This document shows, in pieces, positions 48,349 to 56,134 of a stretch of DNA of 56,134 nt. Position 1 is the first letter of the stretch, and every line of letters starts with the position of its first letter. Made by a program: the position numbers and the translations under genes. The stretch is from contig JANMYF010000370.1 in the NCBI GenBank assembly GCA_031381685.1, positions 1-56,134 on the forward strand, read 5' to 3'. The notes under the pieces are model-generated. The model made no database searches. It saw nothing but the letters and a program-made list of their open reading frames with translations, and was not told the origin of the DNA. This DNA comes from Acidimicrobiia bacterium. Lineage in GTDB: Bacteria; Actinomycetota; Acidimicrobiia; Acidimicrobiales; JANYDT01.

Positions 48349-48401
48349 CGAGGCACCCCACGCACGAGCACAACAACGATGTGAAAGCGAAGGTTGATCA
48401 C
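48345..48401 (-). CDS. Putative 18-aa mini-ORF MINLRFHIVVVLVRGVPR
   Basis: AGGAG SD 7 nt upstream of the GTG. Its TGA overlaps the next GTG (GTGA). Confidence 0.5.
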   Translation of the reverse strand: MINLRFHIVVVLVRGVPR

Positions 48402-48468
48402 GGCATCGCTCCTGTCACCCACCGTACCGGCGACGCGCCGTCAGCCAGGGCACCGCGAAGGGCTGCCA

Positions 48469-49623
48469 TCATCGGCGCCACTCCCGAAGGGAGATCCACA
48501 GCGAGTCCCAGAACAGCCGAAACGGCGGGGACAGCGCCACGATGAAGACCAACGCGACCATCGCCGTCAGAACCAGCAGCGTGATGTCGCGCTTGCGGGC
48601 CCGGTGCTCGTAGAGACGGTTCAACCCCTTGGCGTCCACCAGGATCGGTCCCACCTTCAGCCGGACGAGGAAGGTCGACGCCATGCCAGGGCGTCCTTTG
48701 TCGAGGAAGTCGACGAGGTTCACATGGGTGCCGACGGCGACGATCAGCTCCGCCCCGCGTTCGAACGCCAGGAGCATGGCGATGTCCTCACTCGTCCCCG
48801 ACATGGCCCAGGTGCTGAACTCGACGCCCTCTTCACGAAGCCGTTCCGCCCCTGGGGCATTGCCGTTCGGATACGCGTGGACGACGAGCTCGGCGCCGCA
48901 TCGGAGTCCGGCACTGGACACCGAGTCCATGTCGCCGATGATCACGGAGGGCTTGAGCCCGTTCGCCAGCACCGCGTCGGCGCCACCATCGACCGCGATG
49001 ATCACCGGGTTCATGTCGGTGATGTAGGCGCGCAGCGCTCGAAGGTCTTCCTTGAACTGATCGCCGCGCACAACGATCAGCACATGGCGTCCCGTGAAGT
49101 TCGTATGCAGGTCGGGTAGCTCCGGAGAGTCCAGCAGCAAGAACTGCTCGGCCTGCATGTACGCAAGCGTGTTCTCGGCGAAGCGCGTCAATTCGACGCT
49201 GATCGTCGCCCTCGAGTCCTCCACCTGGCGGTCGAGCGTGCTCATGGTCTGACGTACACCTTCGCCCAGGATTTCGCCTCGGGCATTGCGGACGACGTTG
49301 CCGTGGATCGTGAGCACCTCGCCGTCTTCGACACGCGCGACGATGGCCGCACCGACGTTGTCGAGGATCGGTATCCCCGCCGCCGCCAGGAGCAGCGGGC
49401 CGACGTTCGGATAGCGGCCGGTGATCGATGCCGCCGCGTTCACCACCCCGCCGACGCGCGCCTCGACCAATCCCTCCGCCGCGACACGGTCGAGATCGGC
49501 ATGGTCGATCACCGCGATCTGCCCCGGTTCGAGCGTCTTCGTGAGCTCCTTCGTCCGCCGACCGGGTCGACCAACGCCCGTGACGGTCGCCTGCAGTTGC
49601 GTCTCCAGCGATCGCGTGGCCAT
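48469..49623 (-). CDS. steA: Cytokinetic ring protein SteA (thiamine pyrophosphokinase-like domain)
   Basis: RRTKEL, H.DLDRVAAE, GRYPN.GP, AVDGGAD, IGDMDS, VHAY, DFLDKGR.GMASTFL and DAKG. Follows recN. Confidence 0.9.
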   Translation of the reverse strand: MATRSLETQLQATVTGVGRPGRRTKELTKTLEPGQIAVIDHADLDRVAAEGLVEARVGGVVNAAASITGRYPNVGPLLLAAAGIPILDNVGAAIVARVEDGEVLTIHGNVVRNARGEILGEGVRQTMSTLDRQVEDSRATISVELTRFAENTLAYMQAEQFLLLDSPELPDLHTNFTGRHVLIVVRGDQFKEDLRALRAYITDMNPVIIAVDGGADAVLANGLKPSVIIGDMDSVSSAGLRCGAELVVHAYPNGNAPGAERLREEGVEFSTWAMSGTSEDIAMLLAFERGAELIVAVGTHVNLVDFLDKGRPGMASTFLVRLKVGPILVDAKGLNRLYEHRARKRDITLLVLTAMVALVFIVALSPPFRLFWDSLWISLREWRR

Positions 49624-51372
49624 TCACCCTGCCCGCTTCGTCGGCGCGGCGGAACGCTTGCCCCGGGCACGCCCCGGATCGGCACCCCTGCGGGATCGCC
49701 GTGACGCCAGCAGCACCTCGGCATGCCGAAGGGCGGCCGGACTCGCCGGATCACCGGCCAGCATCCGCGCCACTTCGCCCACGCGCTCCGCCTCGCTGAG
49801 CTTGCTGACCGTGGTACGAGTCATCGCTCTCCCGCCGGCATCGGCCTCGACCGCCTTGCGGACATGGATCTGGGCGTCGGCCGACGCCGCCACCTGGGCG
49901 AGGTGGGTGACGACGAGCACCTGCCGACCCGCACCCAGCTCGGCCAGCGCGTCGCCGACAGAGAGCGCGGTCTCGCCACCGATCCCCGCGTCGACTTCGT
50001 CGAACACCAACGCCGACAGGACCGACGAGCCCAGGTTGCGCGCCCCAACTGCGCCGGCCTTGCCCCGGTTGATCAGCGCCAACTGCAGGGCAAGCATCAC
50101 CCGGGCCAGCTCGCCGCCGGACGCCACCTTGGCCAGCGGCGCGAGATCACTTCCGGGGTTGGCGGAGAACTCGAACACCACCTTCGAGTCGTCGACGCCC
50201 AGGTCCGTGTCGGCGACGCCCGCGGCATCGCCCGCCTCGTCGTCGGTGAGCACCGCGACATGAAAGCGGGCGTTGCCGAGCGCGAGGCGACCCAGATGCT
50301 CACGAACCGATGCGGCGAACGGCTCGGCCGCCTCTCGTCGGAGTTTGGTGATCAGGTCGCGCGCCCGGCGTTCGGCCTTCGCCATCTGGCGGAGTTCCTC
50401 GTCGATGGTTGCCGCCCGCTCGTCATGGCGCTGCAACTCGTCGAGTCGCTGTCGGGTGTCGGCCTGGAATGCCAGCATGGCGGCAATGGACTCGCCGTAC
50501 TTGCGACGCAGCTGGCGGAGCAGGTGACGCCGCTCCCGGAGCTCCGCAAGGCGGCCCGGATCGTCATCGAGCCGGGCGAGACGCGAGCGCAGCTCGTTGG
50601 CCACGTCGTCGAGGTCGGAAGCCGCGTTTCGGATTCGATCGGCCTCGGGGGCGAACGGGGTCTTGCCACCGAGCAGCTGGCGAACCGTGCCCAACAGGGT
50701 GAGGACTCCCTCGTCTCCCGCCAATGACTCGATCGCTCCGCTCAGGGCTTCACGATGGGCCTGGGCACCGGTCAGCAGGTCTTCTTCGCCCGCCAACCTC
50801 TCGTCCTCGTCCGGATCGCTCAGACCTGCCGCGTGGAGTTCGGCGAGCTGGAAGGAGAGCAGGTCGATCTCCCGAGCTCGGGCACGTTCGTCACCGCCGA
50901 GCGCCGCCCGGTCGAGGAGCAGCGTGCGCCGCTTCGAGCGCGCCTCACGGAGGTCGGAGTCGTCGATGCCGCCATAGGCATCGAGCGCGTCACGTTGCGA
51001 ACCAGGCGCAAGGAGCGTCTGGTGCGCATGCTGGCCGTGGAGGTCGATCAGGCCACTTGCCCGTTCGGCGAGCACGCCCACCGGCACCGGCCTCCCGTCC
51101 ACATAGGCCCGGGCGCGACCCATGCGCGGTACCACCCGGCTGAGGACGACCTCGGCGTCACCGACGACGAACCGTCCATCGACACGGGCCTCGTCCGCCC
51201 CGGAACGCACCAGGGTGGGGTCCGGCCGGGCGCCGAGCAGCAACTCGATGGCCTCGACGATGAGGGTCTTGCCGGCGCCGGTCTCCCCGGTGATCACCGT
51301 CATGCCGTCGCCGAGGAGAACCGACGCGTGATGAATCACACCAAGGTCGGCGACGACGAGCTCAGCGAGCAC
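49624..51372 (-). CDS. recN: DNA repair protein RecN
   Basis: TGETGAGKT, HGQH, VASGGELAR, FDEVDAGIGG, VTHLAQVA and EVARML. Confidence 0.96.
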   Translation of the reverse strand: MLAELVVADLGVIHHASVLLGDGMTVITGETGAGKTLIVEAIELLLGARPDPTLVRSGADEARVDGRFVVGDAEVVLSRVVPRMGRARAYVDGRPVPVGVLAERASGLIDLHGQHAHQTLLAPGSQRDALDAYGGIDDSDLREARSKRRTLLLDRAALGGDERARAREIDLLSFQLAELHAAGLSDPDEDERLAGEEDLLTGAQAHREALSGAIESLAGDEGVLTLLGTVRQLLGGKTPFAPEADRIRNAASDLDDVANELRSRLARLDDDPGRLAELRERRHLLRQLRRKYGESIAAMLAFQADTRQRLDELQRHDERAATIDEELRQMAKAERRARDLITKLRREAAEPFAASVREHLGRLALGNARFHVAVLTDDEAGDAAGVADTDLGVDDSKVVFEFSANPGSDLAPLAKVASGGELARVMLALQLALINRGKAGAVGARNLGSSVLSALVFDEVDAGIGGETALSVGDALAELGAGRQVLVVTHLAQVAASADAQIHVRKAVEADAGGRAMTRTTVSKLSEAERVGEVARMLAGDPASPAALRHAEVLLASRRSRRGADPGRARGKRSAAPTKRAG

Positions 51373-52348
51373 GACGACCTCGGCCTGACTTGCGACCCAC
51401 CGGGGCGCCTGCGGCGGTGTCGCGATCCGTCTCGAAACGTTCACGCGCCGGCGTTCCCGGACCGGGGAGCTCGAACTTCGTCTTCAGGATGCCGTGGAAG
51501 TCACGCGGCCCGAACGTGACGAGACGCGCCGGACGGGGATGGGCCGAACAGGTCACAACCGCACCACCGGGAACGGCACCCTCGTCGCGGCCGTCGACGA
51601 AGAGCGTCGCGGTCCGTCCGTCGAGCACCTCCAGGCGCACCGTCTCGTCGGCGCTGAGCACGAGCGAACGGTCGAAGAGCATGTGCGGCGAGATCGGGAC
51701 GACGACGAGTGCGCGCATGAGCGGCGACACGATCGGACCGCGTACCGAGAACGCGTACGCGGTGGAACCGGTAGGCGTCGCGACGATCACGCCGTCGGCC
51801 GAGTAGACGGCGAAGGGCACGTCGTTGAAGCTCACGCCCAGGCGAACCGTGTTTCCGGCGTTGCTCTTCTCCAGCACCGCGTCGTTCAACGCGGCGAAGC
51901 GTCGAACCGGATGGCGAGGCGCGGACACGACGATGTCGAGCATCATGCGCTCCTCGATCCCGTGGTCGCCACGCAGCACCCGTTGGACCACGACCTCGAG
52001 ATCCGACAGCTGCTCCGACGCCAGGTACCCGAGGTGACCGACGTTCACGCCGACCACCGGGACGCCCTCGTCGCACACGAGATCGACGGTTCGCAGCATC
52101 GTGCCGTCGCCGCCCAGGCTGAACGCGTACGACAGCCCCTTGGCGAACTGCTCGTCGGGGACGGCCCACTCGTCGAGCCCGACCCGCACCGCGTCACTTG
52201 CCGGAACGCGGACCTCGACGCCGGAGGCTTCAAGCGACGCCGCCGTGGACGCGGCAACGCGGCGCGCCTCCGGCCGGGCGAGATGCGGCACGATACCGAT
52301 GACGAGACGTTCCTTCCCACGACCCGCCGGCTTCCTCGCAGCCATCAC
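51362..52348 (-). CDS. nadK: NAD(+) kinase
   Basis: GGDGTML, GHLGYL, LND and DG..VATPTGSTAY..S. Confidence 0.95.
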   Translation of the reverse strand: MMAARKPAGRGKERLVIGIVPHLARPEARRVAASTAASLEASGVEVRVPASDAVRVGLDEWAVPDEQFAKGLSYAFSLGGDGTMLRTVDLVCDEGVPVVGVNVGHLGYLASEQLSDLEVVVQRVLRGDHGIEERMMLDIVVSAPRHPVRRFAALNDAVLEKSNAGNTVRLGVSFNDVPFAVYSADGVIVATPTGSTAYAFSVRGPIVSPLMRALVVVPISPHMLFDRSLVLSADETVRLEVLDGRTATLFVDGRDEGAVPGGAVVTCSAHPRPARLVTFGPRDFHGILKTKFELPGPGTPARERFETDRDTAAGAPVGRKSGRGRRAR

Positions 52349-53232
52349 TCGACGCTTCCCTCGTCGTCGGTCGAGGCGTCCGCTGGCACGCCCACACGCT
52401 CGTCGAGGCGCCCTGTCATCACCAGAGCACCGTCGATGGCGGCGTCGATCATCACCGACCGCTCCTCCGGGCCTCGGGACGCCTGGACCGAATCCATGAC
52501 GAAGTGACCGAGGAATTCGACGTTGCCGTCGGCCCCGGTGATCGGTGACGTCATGACCGCAATCATGCCCGCTCCCAGCGCGGCGTAGGTGTCGCCGACC
52601 GACGCCAAGGCCCGCCGCCAGATGTCGGGATCCCGCACGACACCACGACCCCGCGCCACGTCGACGCGACCGGCCTCGAACTGCGGCTTGATGAGCAGCA
52701 CCATCGCGCCGGTGACGTCGTGTGTCGCCGCGATCAACGAAGGCGCCACCGACCGTAGGGAAATGAACGAGAGGTCCGCGACCGTCAACGGCACCCGACG
52801 GTCTCCCAGCACCTCCGAGAGCGCGTCGGTGCGGACGTTGCAGCGCTCATGCACCTCAACCCTCCCGTCGGCGCGCATCCGCTCGTGCAGTTGTCCGATG
52901 CCCACATCGACGGCGATCACCGCCGACGCGCCGCGCTGGAGCAGGCAGTCGGTGAACCCACCGGTCGACGCTCCTGCGTCGAGCACAGTCCAGCCGGTCA
53001 CGTCGATCCCGAATCGATCCAGTGCCCCCTCCAGCTTCAGTCCACCACGGCTGACGAAGCGCGGCCGGTCGGCCACGAGGACGATCGGATCTCCTTCGTC
53101 GACCTGACGCGCCGCTTTGTCGGCCACCGCGCCGCGTACGTGCACCTCGCCGCGGGCAATCGCCTCGGCCGCCTGCACGCGAGACGGCACGAGACCGCGC
53201 CGAACGAGCTCGGCATCAAGGCGTCGACGCAT
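52345..53232 (-). CDS. tlyA: TlyA family rRNA 2'-O-methyltransferase
   Basis: RRRLD S4 domain, VSRGGLKL, DAGASTGGFTD, DLSFISL, KPQFE and GNVEF. Confidence 0.95.
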   Translation of the reverse strand: MRRRLDAELVRRGLVPSRVQAAEAIARGEVHVRGAVADKAARQVDEGDPIVLVADRPRFVSRGGLKLEGALDRFGIDVTGWTVLDAGASTGGFTDCLLQRGASAVIAVDVGIGQLHERMRADGRVEVHERCNVRTDALSEVLGDRRVPLTVADLSFISLRSVAPSLIAATHDVTGAMVLLIKPQFEAGRVDVARGRGVVRDPDIWRRALASVGDTYAALGAGMIAVMTSPITGADGNVEFLGHFVMDSVQASRGPEERSVMIDAAIDGALVMTGRLDERVGVPADASTDDEGSVE

Positions 53233-53235
53233 CGC

Positions 53236-54036
53236 TCAGCCCACCGGGCGGACGCGCCCGAGCTCGCCGTCGACCAGCGCGGCGAGATCGGCGGCGATCA
53301 TGTCGGGCGTCGGGGTGACCGGCAGGTCTACCGACGACGTGACCCCGCTCAGCACCAGACCGAAGCGCGACCGCATGGTCGTCGCCATCAGCCCGTCGGT
53401 CGATGGCCGGTCGCCGACCATGAGCAGAGCCCTTCGTTCAGCCGCGGCGGGGTCGTCGCCCAGACCGAGGCGACGGAACACCAGACGGGCGGCCGGCTCG
53501 TGGGGTTTGCCACCGAACGTTGCGTCGACACCGGTGGCGTACGACACGGCGGCAACGAGAGAGCCGCCTCCCGGGAGCTCACCGTCGGCGGTCGGATAGG
53601 TGGGGTCGTCGTTCGTCCCGATCAGCCGCGCCCCGGCTCGCACCGCCTCGAACGCCTGGGTCAACCGGTCGAATGTGAAGTCACGATGCCACCCGACGAC
53701 GACCACATCGACGCCCGGTTCGGCGTCGGTCACGCAACGGACGCCCCGGGCCTCGAGCGCTTCGACGACTCCCGGACCCCCGCACACCAGCGCGGTCTCG
53801 CCCGGTGCAACGAGCAGCGCAGAAGCCTGCGCTGACGAGCAGATCTCGTCCTCGGTCGCCGAAAGGCCCATCGCCGCCATCTTGGCGACGTAGCCGGCGA
53901 TCCTGGCCGAACTGTTGTTGGTGAGAAACAGCACACGTTCACCGGACGAGCGCAGCCGGTCGATCGCCTCGATCGAACCTGGCACCGGGGTCTCTCCACG
54001 CCAGACGACTCCGTCGAGGTCCAAGATCCAGGGCAC
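53236..54036 (-). CDS. HAD-IIA (NagD-like) hydrolase
   Basis: DLDGVVW, LTNNS, GTNDD, GKP and VGDRPSTD. Confidence 0.92.
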   Translation of the reverse strand: MPWILDLDGVVWRGETPVPGSIEAIDRLRSSGERVLFLTNNSSARIAGYVAKMAAMGLSATEDEICSSAQASALLVAPGETALVCGGPGVVEALEARGVRCVTDAEPGVDVVVVGWHRDFTFDRLTQAFEAVRAGARLIGTNDDPTYPTADGELPGGGSLVAAVSYATGVDATFGGKPHEPAARLVFRRLGLGDDPAAAERRALLMVGDRPSTDGLMATTMRSRFGLVLSGVTSSVDLPVTPTPDMIAADLAALVDGELGRVRPVG

Positions 54037-54139
54037 GACGCCCGACGCTACCAACGCTCCCACGAAACCCGGCAGTACCGTTGGTGGAAATGTCGCGCCT
54101 GGCCCGTCGGGGGCGTGCATTGGTCCCCTTGGAGGCGCA

Positions 54140-54793
54140 GTGTCCAGTCCATCGCCGATACCCCCGCCGCGTGGCCTGACCGGCGGTGGAGAGCGTTCTG
54201 CGGCGCAGTCGCTGGCCGCCTCGCAACCGGGTCTTGTCGCCGTGGGAGCCATGCTCGCCGTGCAGTGGACCAGCGAGGCCGCCGATGTCGTGCTCGACCA
54301 TCGACTCGACGTCTACGGGGTCCGCCCCCACGTGCTCGTCGGCCTCCGGGGCATCGTCTTCGCTCCGTTCCTCCACAGCGGCTTTGGTCACCTCATCGGC
54401 AACACCCTTCCGTTTGCCGTTCTGGGTGGTTTGGTTGCGCTCGGCGGGCTCCGACAGTTCCTCTCCGTCACCCTCATCGTCGGCCTGGTGAGCGGACTCG
54501 GTATGTGGGTGTTCGGGTCGTCCAATGAAGTTCACATCGGGGCCAGCGGCCTCGTGTTCGGCTACCTCACGTACCTGCTCGTCCGGGGGGTGTTCGCGCG
54601 GAATGTTCGCCAGATCCTCCTCGGCATCGTCGTCGCGTTCTTCTATGGCGGGCTCCTGTGGGGGGTCCTGCCGACCGGGCAGGGCATCAGTTGGGAAGGT
54701 CATCTCTTCGGCGTCGTCGGGGGAGTCGCCGCGGCATGGGGTCTGCTGCAGGTGGCCAACGCCCGCGCGTCGCAGGAGCCTGACCGGCACTGA
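54140..54793 (+). CDS. Rhomboid family intramembrane serine protease
   Basis: PFLH..HLIGN, HIGASG (catalytic Ser) and SWEGHLFG (catalytic His). GGAGG SD before GTG 54140. Confidence 0.92.
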   Translation: MSSPSPIPPPRGLTGGGERSAAQSLAASQPGLVAVGAMLAVQWTSEAADVVLDHRLDVYGVRPHVLVGLRGIVFAPFLHSGFGHLIGNTLPFAVLGGLVALGGLRQFLSVTLIVGLVSGLGMWVFGSSNEVHIGASGLVFGYLTYLLVRGVFARNVRQILLGIVVAFFYGGLLWGVLPTGQGISWEGHLFGVVGGVAAAWGLLQVANARASQEPDRH

Positions 54794-54905
54794 CGGCAAT
54801 GGCGGTGCTCCCAAGATGATGCCGTGACGACCGGGCGCGGGCCGGACCCTCCCTCCGCGAGCAACGACGTTCGGATTTCCCGTGCGCGCTTCCTACACTG
54901 GACAA

Positions 54906-56093
54906 GTGCCGGTCTTCTCCCCCTTCGTTTCGCTCCGCTACGCCGACCGTGAAGGGGCCGATCTGTTGATCGCTCCCCCGTACGACGTCCTGAGCGACGC
55001 CCAGCGCCTCCAACTCGAGGAGCGCCACCCCCACAACAGCGTTCGCATCGATTTCCCCCACGGGAAGACCGACCCGCACGCCTACACCGGTGTGGCCGAA
55101 CGCCTCGCCGCGTGGACCGCCGAGAAGGTGCTGGTCAGCGACGCCACACCGACGTTCACCGTGTACCGGATGACCGCCGAGGTCGACGGCCGCACCACGA
55201 CGACCACCGGAGTGCTCGGGGTCCTGACGCTCGAAGAACCGGGTACCGGCGACATCTTGCCGCATGAGCAGACCACTCCGAAGGACAAGGCCGACCGACT
55301 CACCCTGCTCCGGTCGGCGCGGGTGAACACCTCACCGATCTGGGGGCTCTCGCTGACCGAGGGGCTCGGCCGAGTGTGTGCAGAGGTCACCACGGCCACG
55401 CCGGACGTGTCCGCAGTCGACGACGGGGTGCTCCACGAAGCCTGGATCGTGAGCGATCCGGCCACGTTGAAGAGCATCAGCGATCTTGTCGCCGCCAGCC
55501 CGGTCGTGATCGCCGACGGCCATCACCGCTTCGAGACGGCGCTCACCTACCAGCGCGAACGCGACGCCAACGACACCGGGGCGGCGGCGATTCTCGCCTA
55601 CATCGTCGAGTTGGCGCCGAAGGAGCTCGAGATCCGGTCGATCCACCGCCTGATCGACGCCCCTGCCGGTGTGTCGGTGCTGGACGTCCTCGCCCCGTTC
55701 TTCACCCTTGAGCAAACCGCTGATGTCGGCGCCGAACTCGCCGTGGTCGCGCGGCAGTCCGGCGCCCTCGGCGTGGTGTCGCCTCAGGGTCAGTGGCTCG
55801 CCCGGGTCAGGCCGGCGGCGTTCCCCGACGGGGTCGAACTCGATCAGGTCGCACTCGCCACCGCCATCGCATCGGCCGAAGGTGTGTCGGCGCGCTATCA
55901 CCACGACGCGGCAACGATCATCGACGCCGTCAACGACGGCACTGCGGCCGCCGGCGTGTTCGTACGCCCGGTATCGATCGACCAGATCCGCGGCGTCGCC
56001 CAGACGCGCACACGCATGCCGCCGAAGGCCACGTTCTTCTGGCCCAAGCCGCGCACGGGCATCGTGTTCCGGCCGCTCGACGACCCGCGCTGA
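54906..56093 (+). CDS. DUF1015 family protein
   Basis: PPYDV, ILPHEQT, IADGHHR and MPPKATFFWPKPRTG. Confidence 0.9.
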   Translation: MPVFSPFVSLRYADREGADLLIAPPYDVLSDAQRLQLEERHPHNSVRIDFPHGKTDPHAYTGVAERLAAWTAEKVLVSDATPTFTVYRMTAEVDGRTTTTTGVLGVLTLEEPGTGDILPHEQTTPKDKADRLTLLRSARVNTSPIWGLSLTEGLGRVCAEVTTATPDVSAVDDGVLHEAWIVSDPATLKSISDLVAASPVVIADGHHRFETALTYQRERDANDTGAAAILAYIVELAPKELEIRSIHRLIDAPAGVSVLDVLAPFFTLEQTADVGAELAVVARQSGALGVVSPQGQWLARVRPAAFPDGVELDQVALATAIASAEGVSARYHHDAATIIDAVNDGTAAAGVFVRPVSIDQIRGVAQTRTRMPPKATFFWPKPRTGIVFRPLDDPR

Positions 56094-56134
56094 CGCTACC
56101 TGCTGGTCGATCCGCCCAGCTCGTGGATGCCGTG

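Larger units (their letters stand above)
48269..48401. repeat. 53-bp-period tandem repeat of the steB 5' end (2.5 units)
   Basis: 27-bp unit AACRATGTGRAAGCGRAGGTTGATCAC at 48269, 48322 and 48375. The two intervening 26-mers are 21/26 identical. Confidence 0.92.

Noticed and set aside
48269-48401. Mini-CRISPR array (three 27-bp repeats, two 26-bp spacers)
   Set aside because: The spacers are 21/26 identical to each other, the repeat is the steB coding start, and no cas genes are present.
52345-53232. Hemolysin/virulence locus
   Set aside because: TlyA in the conserved tlyA-nadK-recN operon is an rRNA methyltransferase.
56096-56134. Possible 3' end of a minus-strand gene at the window edge
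   Set aside because: Only about 12 codons are visible, which is too short to support a call.

Overview
High-GC actinobacterial chromosome segment, probably Acidimicrobiia (inferred from gene content and order). Most of it is housekeeping: the tlyA-nadK-recN-steA-steB-pyrG-nudF-xerD-scpAB-rluB-tyrA-aroA-cmk...der run, plus trpS, ispH, ppa, ppk2, menG, menF, an acyl-CoA carboxyltransferase/HMG-CoA lyase/acyl-CoA ligase group, an ABC-F ATPase and an LCP protein. I saw no tRNA, rRNA, CRISPR array, prophage or classical transposase. The best candidate for an undescribed system is a wHTH(AbiEi-like)+DUF559/Vsr-like nuclease gene (15785-16783). It is bracketed by inverted copies of a 72-bp double-hairpin repeat with compensatory base changes, and a third solo copy lies at 19281-19352, which resembles a REP/REPtron arrangement without a RAYT. 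The second candidate is a 53-bp triplication of the steB 5' end. It creates two GTGA-coupled 18-aa mini-ORFs that keep the SteB N-terminus through synonymous changes only. Other oddities are a 161-bp MITE/REPIN-like element upstream of der, an AAA+ pseudo-ATPase next to an orphan FHA-EccC/EssC-like ATPase, and Cmk-PlsC and GT2-membrane fusions. Start codons were chosen by eye and family calls come from recognised motifs, not database searches.
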